Source of the DNA: Chthoniobacteraceae bacterium
GTDB lineage: Bacteria > Verrucomicrobiota > Verrucomicrobiia > Chthoniobacterales > Chthoniobacteraceae
Length of the DNA stretch: 63,606 bases
Direction of reading: 5' to 3'
Assembly (NCBI GenBank): GCA_037190965.1
Contig: JBBCKI010000047.1
Coordinates: forward strand, 1 to 63,606
Shown here: positions 37,063-46,947 of the stretch, one piece after another
How the letters are laid out: each line of letters begins with the position of its first letter
Numbering within the stretch: the stretch's first letter is position 1
The notes under the pieces: generated by a model
What the model was told of the DNA's origin: nothing
Database searches by the model: none
The model's input: the letters and a program-made list of their open reading frames with translations, nothing else
Position numbers and translations under genes: made by a program

Positions 37063-38844
37063 ATGAGAATTCCCCCCCAATTCCCGTCTGTTGCCGGTTT
37101 CCGCCCTCTTGTTTCCTCTCAGTCAGGAAAGAGCCCGAGCAGTCGAGCATGGTTGCGTTTGCTGACCTGCTGCCTGGTGGCGGGAGCCGCCGCCCCCGCG
37201 GTGGCTCAGCAGAATGGCACCTGGTCGCTCGCTTCCGGCAGCGGCAACTGGAGCGATGCCGCCAATTGGAATGGAGGGCCGGTCGCCAACGGCACGGGAG
37301 GAACGGCATTCTTCAATGCCGTGGATCTGACTTCCGATGTTACCGTGCATCTCGATTCGGCGCGGACGATCAGCATTATCCGCTTTCAGGATACCGCCTC
37401 TCCTTTTGCCGCCTATACTATTGATAACAACGGCAATGCTGCCAACACCTTGACACTCGATGGCGCGGCGACGATCTCCGTGGGCGCCTCGACCACAGCC
37501 ACCATTTCCGCAAGCATTACAGGGACTTCGGGGTTGGTTTTTTCGGGCTCGTCAACTTCGGGAGTATTAATTCTCTCCGGAAATAACACTTATTCCGGCG
37601 TGACAAATATTACCGGCGGCTCGACCGGCATGTTGCAGATTGACGCCGACAGCCGCCTCGGGTCCAGCACTCTGTCAATCAGTGCCCAGAATGGCGGAAT
37701 CCGCTATGGCGCCGCTTTCAATGACCTTCGTGACATCGCCTTTACGGCCAATGGGGGGCGCATCGATACCAACGGCTTCGATGTGACCTACAGCTCGACT
37801 TTGTCAGGCGTCGTCTCCGGCAACTTCACCAAAACGGGGAATGGCACGTTAACGTTGGCGGGCAACAACAACATCACCGGGACGGGGGGCGTGGCCGTGC
37901 TGGGTGGCGCGTTGCAGATCGATTCCGACGCGCGGTTGGGCGGCGGCACCGGCGCTCTCAATTTCCAAAACAGAAGCGGGATCCGCTATGGAGCGGCCTT
38001 CAACAATCTGCGTTCCATCACGCTGGCCGCGAGCGGCGGTTCGCTTGATACGAACGGCTTCGACGTTTCCTACAGCAATGTGATCTCGGGGAGCGGCCCT
38101 TTCGTAAAGAGAGGGGCTGGCGGCCTTACGTTCACCACCAACCAGACCTTTACCGGAGCAACCACCATCGAAGCCGGGACGCTGATCGTCAACGGCTCAA
38201 TGGCCAGTAGCGGAATCACGGTGGGTAATATTAGCAGCCTTTCCACCTCCGCCGTGCTGGCCGGAGGCGGAACGGTGGGGAATGTCATCGTGGGAGCGGC
38301 TGCAAATAATACCGGCGCCACGTTGAGACCCGGGAACGGAAAGGGGATTTCCAGTGGGACGACTCTGAACACAGGCAACCTTACTTTTAGGACCGGTGCA
38401 CACCTGGCCATGCAGTTGGGGCGAACCAGCGGGGGCTCATCGCTGGCTGGAGACGTTTCCGACCATGTGAGCGTTACCGGGACGGTTTCGCTCTCCGGTG
38501 ATCTGCAATTGAGTCTTCTCACCGGCACCGGGTATCAGCTCAAACAGAATGACGTGTTGTACCTGATCCTCAACGACGGCAGCGACGCGGTCACGGGGAT
38601 CTTCCAATCCCTGAACGGTCAGGCAATGAATTTGAGCGAAGGAGCCACGTTCAGCTTCGATTCCGCCATCTGGTCCATCAGCTATATTGCCAACGGCGAC
38701 GGCGGCCTGGTGGGCAATGATGTGGCGCTGACGCTGACGACGGTGATTCCCGAACCCGGAACCCTGCCGCTTGTGTTAGCAGGTGTGGGGGCGCTCCTGT
38801 TCCTCAGTCAACGCCGGCGGCGGTTGGCTATGACTAACCCGTAG
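37063..38844 (+). CDS. PEP-CTERM surface protein with autotransporter-associated beta-strand repeats
   Basis: Extended signal (..AAAPAVA|QQ); repeats LILSGNNTYSG, KTGNGTLTLAGNN, KRGAGGLTFTTNQTFTGATTIEAGTL; VIPEPGT + transmembrane segment + RRRR. Confidence 0.92.
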   Translation: MRIPPQFPSVAGFRPLVSSQSGKSPSSRAWLRLLTCCLVAGAAAPAVAQQNGTWSLASGSGNWSDAANWNGGPVANGTGGTAFFNAVDLTSDVTVHLDSARTISIIRFQDTASPFAAYTIDNNGNAANTLTLDGAATISVGASTTATISASITGTSGLVFSGSSTSGVLILSGNNTYSGVTNITGGSTGMLQIDADSRLGSSTLSISAQNGGIRYGAAFNDLRDIAFTANGGRIDTNGFDVTYSSTLSGVVSGNFTKTGNGTLTLAGNNNITGTGGVAVLGGALQIDSDARLGGGTGALNFQNRSGIRYGAAFNNLRSITLAASGGSLDTNGFDVSYSNVISGSGPFVKRGAGGLTFTTNQTFTGATTIEAGTLIVNGSMASSGITVGNISSLSTSAVLAGGGTVGNVIVGAAANNTGATLRPGNGKGISSGTTLNTGNLTFRTGAHLAMQLGRTSGGSSLAGDVSDHVSVTGTVSLSGDLQLSLLTGTGYQLKQNDVLYLILNDGSDAVTGIFQSLNGQAMNLSEGATFSFDSAIWSISYIANGDGGLVGNDVALTLTTVIPEPGTLPLVLAGVGALLFLSQRRRRLAMTNP

Positions 38845-38870
38845 ACCGCAAGTGATTTCTCTTCAATACC

Positions 38871-39488
38871 ATGAGACTATTTAGATTTTACCGGCTATAC
38901 GCTTTCGGCGCGACTCTCGCTTTGGCAAACCTCCTTTCGGTAAACGCTTCCGCAACAGAGATGGGCGAAGAGGCAAAAGGGCCTCTCCCTTCTGATTGTG
39001 CGATTCGTCTGGTCCGCTCGGAAGGCATGCCCGACGAGCCCTGGAGGCATCAGATTTTCCAGAACGCGATCAGTCTCGCACCGGGCGGAGACTATACCCT
39101 GACGTTCTGGGCAAAGGCGTCGGGAGAATTCAAACTTGCCGTCTCCACCAAGGTCAGTGCTCCGCCATGGAATTACTTCGGCTTGCGCGACACCGCGCAG
39201 TTGACGACAAATTGGCGGCGTTACCAGTTCCGCTTCAGTGCCGAAGGGGCCGTCGAGGGGCAGTCCCGCGTCACTTTCAGCTACCATGCACCCGAACCGG
39301 GCGAAATCTGGATCACGGGTGTCCAGGTGCTACCTACCGGTGTGAAAGCGGGAGAGCAGGAGAATCTGATCGCCAATGGCAACTTCGCCGACGGGATGAT
39401 GCACTGGTACCTCGGCGGCAAACAGCCCGGCGTTTTTGATGCGATGATGGAAATGATTCCCGAAGGAGAGGCCGCCGCCACTCCGTAA
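38871..39488 (+). CDS. Secreted CBM4/9-like carbohydrate-binding protein
   Basis: Signal peptide; PW..Q, YTLTFWAKA, PW, LTTNWRRY, ENLIANGNF. Confidence 0.75.
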   Translation: MRLFRFYRLYAFGATLALANLLSVNASATEMGEEAKGPLPSDCAIRLVRSEGMPDEPWRHQIFQNAISLAPGGDYTLTFWAKASGEFKLAVSTKVSAPPWNYFGLRDTAQLTTNWRRYQFRFSAEGAVEGQSRVTFSYHAPEPGEIWITGVQVLPTGVKAGEQENLIANGNFADGMMHWYLGGKQPGVFDAMMEMIPEGEAAATP

Positions 39489-39642
39489 CGGAAATCCTGA
39501 CTTTCTTTTAGGCCCGGAGCGGCCGGGCATTCTCGCCTCTCCGGAAAAAACCAAATCCCCCTTGTGTTCTTTTGCGGGCCTAACCTCCGAGAGAGGTTGA
39601 GCGTGCGATGGATGCGCGACGGCCTTTATTGATCCAATTACG

Positions 39643-41646
39643 ATGCGGATTTTCTCCACTCTGGTTGTTCTGGGCAGCAGCCTTCTTCATTCAGTTCTCA
39701 ACCCTTCCGTCGCGCTGGCGGCGTCATCGCCCGAGCTCCCGGCCTTGAGCGTCAAAGGCGAGGACTTCGTCGATCCGGCGGGCTCTCCCGTTCGTTTCTG
39801 GGGCGTCAATCTCGTTGGCGTTTACCCGGAGAAGGAACGAGCCGACGCCATGGCGGCTTACCTTGCCGCGTTGCAGGTGAACCTGGTGCGCCCGCATCAC
39901 CTTCTACGGCCCAGCCTCGACTGGAATCCGAAAATGCAGAGCGGCTCGCTATTGAGTTACCGCAATAACTCGCGCGAATTCGACCCGGTGGCGCTGGACC
40001 GCTTCGATTACCTGAACGCGGCCCTCCGCCGCCACGGAATCTACCTTGCGTTCTCCGCCCATTTCAGCCGCCGTTACCTGACAGGCGACGTCGACATCCT
40101 CAAAACCGATGATAAAGACCGCTTGGCCTGGATGGCGGGCATACGGGAAATGATGGGATGGAACTGGAAGAAGAGCATCGACCCGCTCAAGATGCTGCCG
40201 GTGATCGACGAGCGGGCTGCACTGCTGACCGAGGAGTTCGTGAAGAAACTGCTCACCCATGTCAATCCTTACACGGGCATCGCTTATGGCGTGGATCCTC
40301 AGGTGTTGACGATGGAGATCGCCAATGAGGCTTCCACCGAGTACGGCATCATCTGCGGCAATCGCTTTCCCGACTATTGGCAAGCCCGGTTGGTGGAAAA
40401 GTGGGAGGCCTTCGCCAGGGCGGAATCGATCGAGCCCGGGGATCTCTACAAACCTGCCAACGACAAGGTGAAGGACGCGCGCGCCCGCTTCTTGCGCAAA
40501 CTGGACGAAGACTATGCAAAACGGATCACCGCCGTAATCCGGGACACGGGGTGCAAAACGGCAATCACCTACTCCAATCTCTGGCGTGGAGAGGCCGCCG
40601 CCGAGATGCATGCCCGTACCGCCGATTTTATCGAGGATCACAATTATATGAACCCGATGGTGGCGGGGGGACTGACCGATGGCATCTATGACCTGAGCCG
40701 GAGCGCCTTGGTCAACAAGCCCTTCTTCATTGGCGAGCTGAACCAGGCGGAAGGCAGCGCCAATATCGCGCGGCAGGGCCCGGAGCGCACGATGCTGCCG
40801 CTGGCGATCAGCGCCTATGGATCGCTGCACAACTGGAGCGGCGTCGTCTGGTTTGCCTGGATGCACGGCGACACGATGCAGGCGGAGGACGGCTGGTCCA
40901 ACAACGAAGGCCGGGTGGCTAGTCTGGGAAATATGATTAGCGATGGGATGATGATCGATCACTTGCGTACGACCGGCATGATCTTCCGCAAGGGACTCGT
41001 TGCTAAAAGCAAGGAGCCGGTGACGCTTACTGTCGATTCGCCCTTTACGGCGGGCGATTACAACGGGCTCATGCGCGGAAAGTATGCGTACCGTCCCGGC
41101 TGGCAGGCGGTGCACGCGGTTCGCAAGACCTTCGGCCCTGTTCCGGAAGAACAGACGAACGCGCAATGGATGAAGCAGTCGCCTCCCAATCCGGCAGTCT
41201 CCGATACGGGAGAGATTGTCCGGGATATCGAGCGCAAGCAGTTGACCGTTGCCGCTCCCAAGGCGGAGGCTTTCAGCGGCTATCTTGATGACAAGGCGCC
41301 TGCGGGGCTCAAGCGCCTTGAGCTGAAGGGGAGCGGATTTGCCGCCGTCGTGGTGGTGGCCAGTGACGATAAGGCACTGCCCGAAAGCGAGCGCCTCATC
41401 ATCAGCCGCACAGGCTTGAATGCCGCAAAGTCCGAAACGGCAGAGCCGCGTGTGATCCTTCGCGGGTTGAAGCCGGCGGCGAGCGGGCAACACTGGACCG
41501 TCCGGCTGACCCGTCCGCGCCCTGCCGCCGCATTGATGAAAGATTTCACGGGACAGGAAGATCAGAAGTTGCAACCCACCGCCGATGGATCGCTGGAACT
41601 TCCGTTGGCACAATGGCACGAATGCGAGTTGATCTTGAAAAAGTAG
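39643..41646 (+). CDS. Secreted clan GH-A (GH5-like) glycoside hydrolase
   Basis: Signal peptide; RFWGVN, NLVRPHH, LLTHVNPYTG, EIANE (acid/base), IGELN (nucleophile). Confidence 0.75.
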   Translation: MRIFSTLVVLGSSLLHSVLNPSVALAASSPELPALSVKGEDFVDPAGSPVRFWGVNLVGVYPEKERADAMAAYLAALQVNLVRPHHLLRPSLDWNPKMQSGSLLSYRNNSREFDPVALDRFDYLNAALRRHGIYLAFSAHFSRRYLTGDVDILKTDDKDRLAWMAGIREMMGWNWKKSIDPLKMLPVIDERAALLTEEFVKKLLTHVNPYTGIAYGVDPQVLTMEIANEASTEYGIICGNRFPDYWQARLVEKWEAFARAESIEPGDLYKPANDKVKDARARFLRKLDEDYAKRITAVIRDTGCKTAITYSNLWRGEAAAEMHARTADFIEDHNYMNPMVAGGLTDGIYDLSRSALVNKPFFIGELNQAEGSANIARQGPERTMLPLAISAYGSLHNWSGVVWFAWMHGDTMQAEDGWSNNEGRVASLGNMISDGMMIDHLRTTGMIFRKGLVAKSKEPVTLTVDSPFTAGDYNGLMRGKYAYRPGWQAVHAVRKTFGPVPEEQTNAQWMKQSPPNPAVSDTGEIVRDIERKQLTVAAPKAEAFSGYLDDKAPAGLKRLELKGSGFAAVVVVASDDKALPESERLIISRTGLNAAKSETAEPRVILRGLKPAASGQHWTVRLTRPRPAAALMKDFTGQEDQKLQPTADGSLELPLAQWHECELILKK

Positions 41647-41648
41647 GA

Positions 41649-42776
41649 ATGGCACCCGCTGTGCAGCCCGTTGCGCGCGCGATTCCGGCGGAGAGCGGCG
41701 CTGCTGCCCCACCGGTTCAGCCGCTCCGGCCTCTTCAGCCCTTAAAGCTGGGGATGATCGGCCTCAACTTTGGCGGTTACATTGCCGAGACATTGGCGGC
41801 GAGCCCAACCAAGGCGTTCTTTCAGTTGGCAGCGGTGTGCGATCAAGACTCTGCGCGTGCCGATGAGTTTGGCCGACGCAATGGAGTCAAGGCGTACCAT
41901 TCCCTGGAAGCATTGCTGGCCGACGAGGAGATTCCTGTCGTTGCGCTCTTCACCAGCCCCTCGGGGCGTGCCGATCTCCTGCGCCGGATCATTCGGGCAG
42001 GCAAGGATGTGATGACCACAAAGCCCTTCGAGCTCGACTCCCGCGCCGCCCGCAGCGTGCTGGAGGAGGCCCAATCGTTGGGCCGCGTGATCCATCTCAA
42101 TTCCCCGCCGCCGGAGATTCCCGCTTACCTTCGCCAGATCGAGCACTGGCGGCGGGAGTACGATCTGGGCCAGCCGGTTCATTGCCGCGGGGAAATGCTG
42201 GTTTCATACCGGGAAAAGGCCGATGGCCGATGGCTGGACAATCCTGCTCTCTGCCCCGCCGGGCCGATCTTCCGGCTTGGTATTTACACCATGAACGACC
42301 TGGTGCGTCTCTTTGGGCAGGTGCACGAGGTGCAGGTCATGACCAGCCGCCTTTTCACCGGTCGGCCCACGCCGGACAACGCGCAGCTCAACCTCCGTTT
42401 CGGGAACGGCGCGCTTGGGTCAATCTACGCTAGTTTTTGCGTCGACAATGGCCAGCACTATGCCAACTCGCTCGTGTTGCATTACGAACGGGGAACGATT
42501 TTCCGCAACGTCCTGCCCGTTGGCTATGGAAAGGCGGAAGGAAGTTCGCGCCTGTTGCTGATGGCGACCCAAGGGAACCACGAGGTCGTCGTGAAGGAAC
42601 TGGAACTCCCCGAGATTTGCGGAAGCTATCAATGGGAATCTTTCCACCGCGCCGTAATGGAGCGACGCCCGCTCGCGGACTTTGAAAACATCGTGCACGG
42701 CATCGGGATCGTGGAGGCCGTGGTGCGAAGCGAGCAGAGCGGGGGAACGGAACCCGTGTTGCCGTTTGCGGCGTAG
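41649..42776 (+). CDS. Gfo/Idh/MocA-family oxidoreductase
   Basis: LGMIGLNFG, AVCD, AGKDVMTTKPF (TKP in place of EKP). Exact start uncertain. Confidence 0.85.
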   Translation: MAPAVQPVARAIPAESGAAAPPVQPLRPLQPLKLGMIGLNFGGYIAETLAASPTKAFFQLAAVCDQDSARADEFGRRNGVKAYHSLEALLADEEIPVVALFTSPSGRADLLRRIIRAGKDVMTTKPFELDSRAARSVLEEAQSLGRVIHLNSPPPEIPAYLRQIEHWRREYDLGQPVHCRGEMLVSYREKADGRWLDNPALCPAGPIFRLGIYTMNDLVRLFGQVHEVQVMTSRLFTGRPTPDNAQLNLRFGNGALGSIYASFCVDNGQHYANSLVLHYERGTIFRNVLPVGYGKAEGSSRLLLMATQGNHEVVVKELELPEICGSYQWESFHRAVMERRPLADFENIVHGIGIVEAVVRSEQSGGTEPVLPFAA

Positions 42777-42817
42777 ATCGCCCCCCTATACCAAGACACT
42801 CAAAGAACCCGCCTATC

Positions 42818-44185
42818 ATGAATTCTTCCGTTCCGCCACCGCTTGCAGGGCTTTGCACGTATGAAGCCGGAGCCTGTCCCGGGCTCTCCGTCGACACTAC
42901 CGTCGAGCGGTTGCGGCGCTATGTCTATTTAAAGTCACAGCTTGTGTTCACGATGGCGGCGCACTTCAACGCCATCGCGGAATGGGAGGTGAAAGGAGCC
43001 CTCTCGCTTCATCTCTGGCAGGACGCGGAGCATAGTGCCTGGTTCCGCAAGCGTGTGACGGAGATGCGTACGCCGCCCCACCATCTGGACAAGGTGCCTG
43101 ACGACGCATTGGAGAACTTCGTCGAGGAACTCAAGCGTTCGGAGAACACGCTGGAGTTGCTCATCGGAATTTATGAGGTGCTCAAGCCCGCCTGCCTTGC
43201 CGCCTTTCGTGAGCATCTCTCGCAAGCGAACAAGCTGGCCGACCACCCAACGCTTCGATGTTTGCGGATGGTTGTTGCCGAGGAAGAGGAGCAGATCGCG
43301 TGGGGCCAAGCGGCGCTGCAGTCGCAGCTCGTTCGCGAGGGATGTCTGCCCGGAGATGCCGCATTGGACGCGTGGCGAAACCACCTGCGGGCCTGTCTTG
43401 CGGCGGCGGGGGGAGTTCATGGCGATCAGCCCAGGCAGGAGATTGGCGATGCGTCGCTGTCTCGACGGGGGCGGCCTTTCGAAATCAACCGCGTACCCCG
43501 GCGGGACCGCCGGTTTGCGAATGTCTGGCGCTCCCGGGGAGTTGTGCCCGGAGCGGATCGCCCCGTGCATGAGCGCCTTTGGTGGATGCTCAATGTCCGG
43601 CTTCAGGAGATGCACGTTTCGGAACTGATCGCCTCCACGCTTTGCGACTGGCAGGGGCAACCCTGGGAGTTCTATCACGATCTGGCGCGGCATCTCTGGG
43701 ACGAGACACGGCACTGCATGCTCGGCGAAATTGCGTTCGCCTCGCAGGGGATCGATTTCACTTCGATGCCGGCGCATACCGGCTTTGCCGAATATGCCAA
43801 TTCACTGCCGCCCGCGGATCGTTACTCGTTTCTTTGGGGAATCGAGCAGGGCTTGATGGGAAAGACCGGCAAGCAGGCAGAGGTCGCTCTGGCCAAGGCT
43901 GGCGGCGACGAGCTTGCGACGATGTTCCAGGACTTCGACTGGGCTGATGAGGTGCTCCATGCCCAGATCGGCCGTCGCTGGCTGGAGTCGTACTACGGAT
44001 CGCGCGAGGCGATGAATGCCGCTTACAGCCGGGTACGGCCCGGTTACGACGCGATGAAGGAGGAAGATCTCGCCCAGCCCGGACGCGACTGGTGGCCTTC
44101 GTTTTACCGGGAGCATCTCCAAGCTAAAAACCCTTCGCTTGGCGCGGCGGACGAAGAGGGTGAAGGAAAGGCGCAAACCCCGTGA
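42818..44185 (+). CDS. Tandem ferritin-like (diiron-carboxylate, DUF455-like) protein
   Basis: All-helical. C-terminal half has E(QEMH)..WDETRH..IE..DEVLH; N-terminal half has degenerate WQDAEH..EEEEQ. Confidence 0.7.
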   Translation: MNSSVPPPLAGLCTYEAGACPGLSVDTTVERLRRYVYLKSQLVFTMAAHFNAIAEWEVKGALSLHLWQDAEHSAWFRKRVTEMRTPPHHLDKVPDDALENFVEELKRSENTLELLIGIYEVLKPACLAAFREHLSQANKLADHPTLRCLRMVVAEEEEQIAWGQAALQSQLVREGCLPGDAALDAWRNHLRACLAAAGGVHGDQPRQEIGDASLSRRGRPFEINRVPRRDRRFANVWRSRGVVPGADRPVHERLWWMLNVRLQEMHVSELIASTLCDWQGQPWEFYHDLARHLWDETRHCMLGEIAFASQGIDFTSMPAHTGFAEYANSLPPADRYSFLWGIEQGLMGKTGKQAEVALAKAGGDELATMFQDFDWADEVLHAQIGRRWLESYYGSREAMNAAYSRVRPGYDAMKEEDLAQPGRDWWPSFYREHLQAKNPSLGAADEEGEGKAQTP

Positions 44186-45165
44186 TCGCCGGAGGCGCTC
44201 CTGAGCCTCCGGAGGTGGTTGCCGTCGGTTGCATTGCCGCAGACATCGCGGTCGCGGGCACGCCTCGCGGAGTGCAACCGGGCCAGACCGGTTTCGTGCG
44301 ATCGATCACGCCGCTCCTGGGCGGCAATCCGACCAACATGGCTTCGGGCCTTGCGCGGCTGGGGCATCGGGTGGCAGTGGTGGGCGGAATTGGAGAGGAC
44401 GCCTTCGGTCGCCTCATCGCCGATCGGCTCACGGTGTGCGGCGTGGATACCCGCCTGCTGCGCATGGAGCCGGGGCTTGCGACTTCGGCCACGCTCGCGA
44501 TGGTTCACCCATCGGGGGAGAGAACGCTCTACCATTTTCGAGGCAGCAATGATTGGCTGGATGAAGCGGCCCTGGCACCGGCCCTAGGCACGGGTGCGAA
44601 GATTTTTTCCGCTGGTGGGTTGGAACTTTTGCCAGCGATGCGTGGAGCTCCCGCGGGCCGGATTTTTGAAGGAGCCCGGCGTGCCGGCATGATGACGGTG
44701 CTCGATACAACCTTCGACCCCGATGGCGAATGGCTGCCTGCCATCGGGGAGGCCTTGCCATGGGTGGATCTGCTCCTGACGAGCATGGGCGAAGCCGCGC
44801 ACTATGCCGGGAGCCATGACCCCTTGGCGGTGCAGCGCTTTTTCCGGCGTCATGGAGCGCGGCGGGTGGTGATCAAAGATGGCGCGCAAGGGTGTTACGT
44901 GCCCAGCGACGATTCACTGTGGCAGGTGCCGCCACCGGAGGTGCAGGCCATCGATACTACGGGAGCGGGCGACAACTTTGGAGCCGGGTTTATTGCCGGA
45001 GTGCTGCGCGGCTTTTCGTCCTTGGACGCAGCGCGCCTGGGTGTGACGTGCGGCGCGCTTTCGACCGAGAGCCTCGGTGGCGAAGCGCCCTACCGCGATT
45101 TTGGGCTCGTCTGGGAAAGGGCTCGCAAGCTGCAAGCATCGTGCCTCGGACCGTGTGCGGAGTGA
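44182..45165 (+). CDS. PfkB-family carbohydrate kinase
   Basis: GGNPTNMA, GEDAFG, GERT, DTTGAGDNF; GTG start overlaps the upstream stop. Confidence 0.9.
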   Translation: MIAGGAPEPPEVVAVGCIAADIAVAGTPRGVQPGQTGFVRSITPLLGGNPTNMASGLARLGHRVAVVGGIGEDAFGRLIADRLTVCGVDTRLLRMEPGLATSATLAMVHPSGERTLYHFRGSNDWLDEAALAPALGTGAKIFSAGGLELLPAMRGAPAGRIFEGARRAGMMTVLDTTFDPDGEWLPAIGEALPWVDLLLTSMGEAAHYAGSHDPLAVQRFFRRHGARRVVIKDGAQGCYVPSDDSLWQVPPPEVQAIDTTGAGDNFGAGFIAGVLRGFSSLDAARLGVTCGALSTESLGGEAPYRDFGLVWERARKLQASCLGPCAE

Positions 45166-45186
45166 GTTTCAATCACCCCGCTTCCC

Positions 45187-46311
45187 TTACTTCGTCCGTT
45201 CCAGTAACGCCGCCACGGGAACCAGCGCAAGGTCCACGCTCCCCAGCACGTTGGTAGTGTAGCAAATATATTGGTCGTTCATGCAAAACTGGGGATGGGG
45301 ATGAATATGGTAGCGGCTGCGCGGATAAGGCAGGCGCGGGAGATCGGAGACGATGCTGACTTCCCGCCCCGTGCCAATATGATAGAAAGCGACACGCCAG
45401 AAGTCGGGGTTGATGTGGGAGGGGTTGACGTCACCCACCAGCCAACGGCTCTCGCGATCGCTATGCGAATGGGTATGCCCGTTGGGCCAGACATTCGTTC
45501 GCTTGCCGGTTACGATATCCACCTTCTCCGTTCCTTGCCGGTAATCGATATACCAGACATGGCGACCGTCGGCATCCCACCATTCATGGCCCCGGAGATT
45601 GGAAGGCGACTCGGGAAAGATAGGTCGGGCGGTTTCGCCCCGGCGCAGGAGCCAAAGCCGATCCTCCACCTCGCCCTTGATGCCGGTGGCCGCGTCAAAC
45701 CAGCTATCCTGCGCAATGAGAAGGAGGTCGGAATCGGTGGGGCTGAACTGGACGTGGTTATAGCCGCGGTCGAACTTCTGCCAGAGGCGGAAAGGGGAAC
45801 CGTCGACGGGCATATCTCCCAATAACCATTCATTGCCGATTTGCGCGTCGATGGAGAATGACTTGCGATCGACGGATAGGGTCAGGTGGGTAGCGATGCG
45901 CAGGGGGCGACGGTCGCGGGCGAGTTCATTAGGGAACTCGTTGACGAGGACGGCGTCCTGCCCCGGGTGGGGGCCGCGTTTCCAGAGGCCAAGCCCGGTG
46001 GTCCAATAGACCTCGCCTGTTTCCTTGTCCACATAGGGCGAGGCATCCATGAACTGCGTGTCGGAGAAATGGCGAAGCTCTTGCTCCTCAAAGTCTGCCA
46101 CGGCCAACTGTCGTCCGTAATAAGCGTCTCCGCCGGGAGGAAAGGTGCAATAGAACCAGAGATAGCGGCCATCGTGGGTGAAGCTCGGGTTCGTAAAATA
46201 AAACGATTGCTGAATGGGCGCTACCCGCCGGGAGAGGATGAAGCTTTCAACGCCGGAAACGGGGTCTTTCCAGCGGGTGAATAAAGGGGAGTTTTCGAGG
46301 CACAGGTTCAT
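45187..46311 (-). CDS. Oligogalacturonate lyase (PL22)-like beta-propeller, cytoplasmic
   Basis: DPVSG, YFTNPSF, NHVQFSPTD, RLW, GHEWW, HSH, HPHPQF; no signal peptide. It is the last gene of the cassette-3 operon. Confidence 0.75.
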   Translation of the reverse strand: MNLCLENSPLFTRWKDPVSGVESFILSRRVAPIQQSFYFTNPSFTHDGRYLWFYCTFPPGGDAYYGRQLAVADFEEQELRHFSDTQFMDASPYVDKETGEVYWTTGLGLWKRGPHPGQDAVLVNEFPNELARDRRPLRIATHLTLSVDRKSFSIDAQIGNEWLLGDMPVDGSPFRLWQKFDRGYNHVQFSPTDSDLLLIAQDSWFDAATGIKGEVEDRLWLLRRGETARPIFPESPSNLRGHEWWDADGRHVWYIDYRQGTEKVDIVTGKRTNVWPNGHTHSHSDRESRWLVGDVNPSHINPDFWRVAFYHIGTGREVSIVSDLPRLPYPRSRYHIHPHPQFCMNDQYICYTTNVLGSVDLALVPVAALLERTK

Positions 46312-46317
46312 GGGTGA

Positions 46318-46947
46318 TCAGGGTCGGTAAAGTTGGGTGTAGCCGTTCCAGGGGTCGATCTGCAACGTGGCAAAATTGGGAGGAAGATCCGTGCGATTGT
46401 CGCCCGCGTTGGCGTGGTGCAGGGTCACAAACCATTGCTGGCCTGCCACGGAGAGATCCGCAGAGCCGTCGGAGCGGTAAGTGAACGCGCGGGCTTCATA
46501 GTTGGTTCCAATTCCGGGAAGCGAGATCTGGGGATCGTTGGAAGTCCACTGCTTCACTCGCGTCGGCCCGAGAAGGGGGGAAAGCGTGGCGCTGGAATCG
46601 AGGATGATCAGCCCCGGCAGGCGGTGGAGTTTCCCTAGTGCTTTCGGAGGCCCATTCTCGACGATCTCAAACGCCTGCACCCCCTGGAAATACGAGGCGG
46701 TTACTCCCGAGGCCGGAGCAGTAAACTTGTAGAAGCGAACCTCCACGGCCCGGTTCCTGGCCAGAGTGGCTTGCCGGGCCAGGTGAAGCTGGTCCGCGAT
46801 AATCTGCGCGCCTTGCGTCAGCTGGAAGCCTTGCAGGGTGGAATTAAGGGCGGGAACGGCGGCAACGAGGAGGATCCCGATGATCGCCAGTACCATCAGG
46901 ATCTCGATCAGTGTAAAGCCGAAGCGGAGGGGGCGGCGGCGCTTCAT
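46318..46947 (-). CDS. Verru_Chthon cassette protein D (GspH/FimT-like prepilin)
   Basis: G|FTLIEIL, LARQATLARNRAVEVRFYK, PPNFATLQIDPWNG..YRP; ATGA overlap with gene A. Confidence 0.9.
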   Translation of the reverse strand: MKRRRPLRFGFTLIEILMVLAIIGILLVAAVPALNSTLQGFQLTQGAQIIADQLHLARQATLARNRAVEVRFYKFTAPASGVTASYFQGVQAFEIVENGPPKALGKLHRLPGLIILDSSATLSPLLGPTRVKQWTSNDPQISLPGIGTNYEARAFTYRSDGSADLSVAGQQWFVTLHHANAGDNRTDLPPNFATLQIDPWNGYTQLYRP

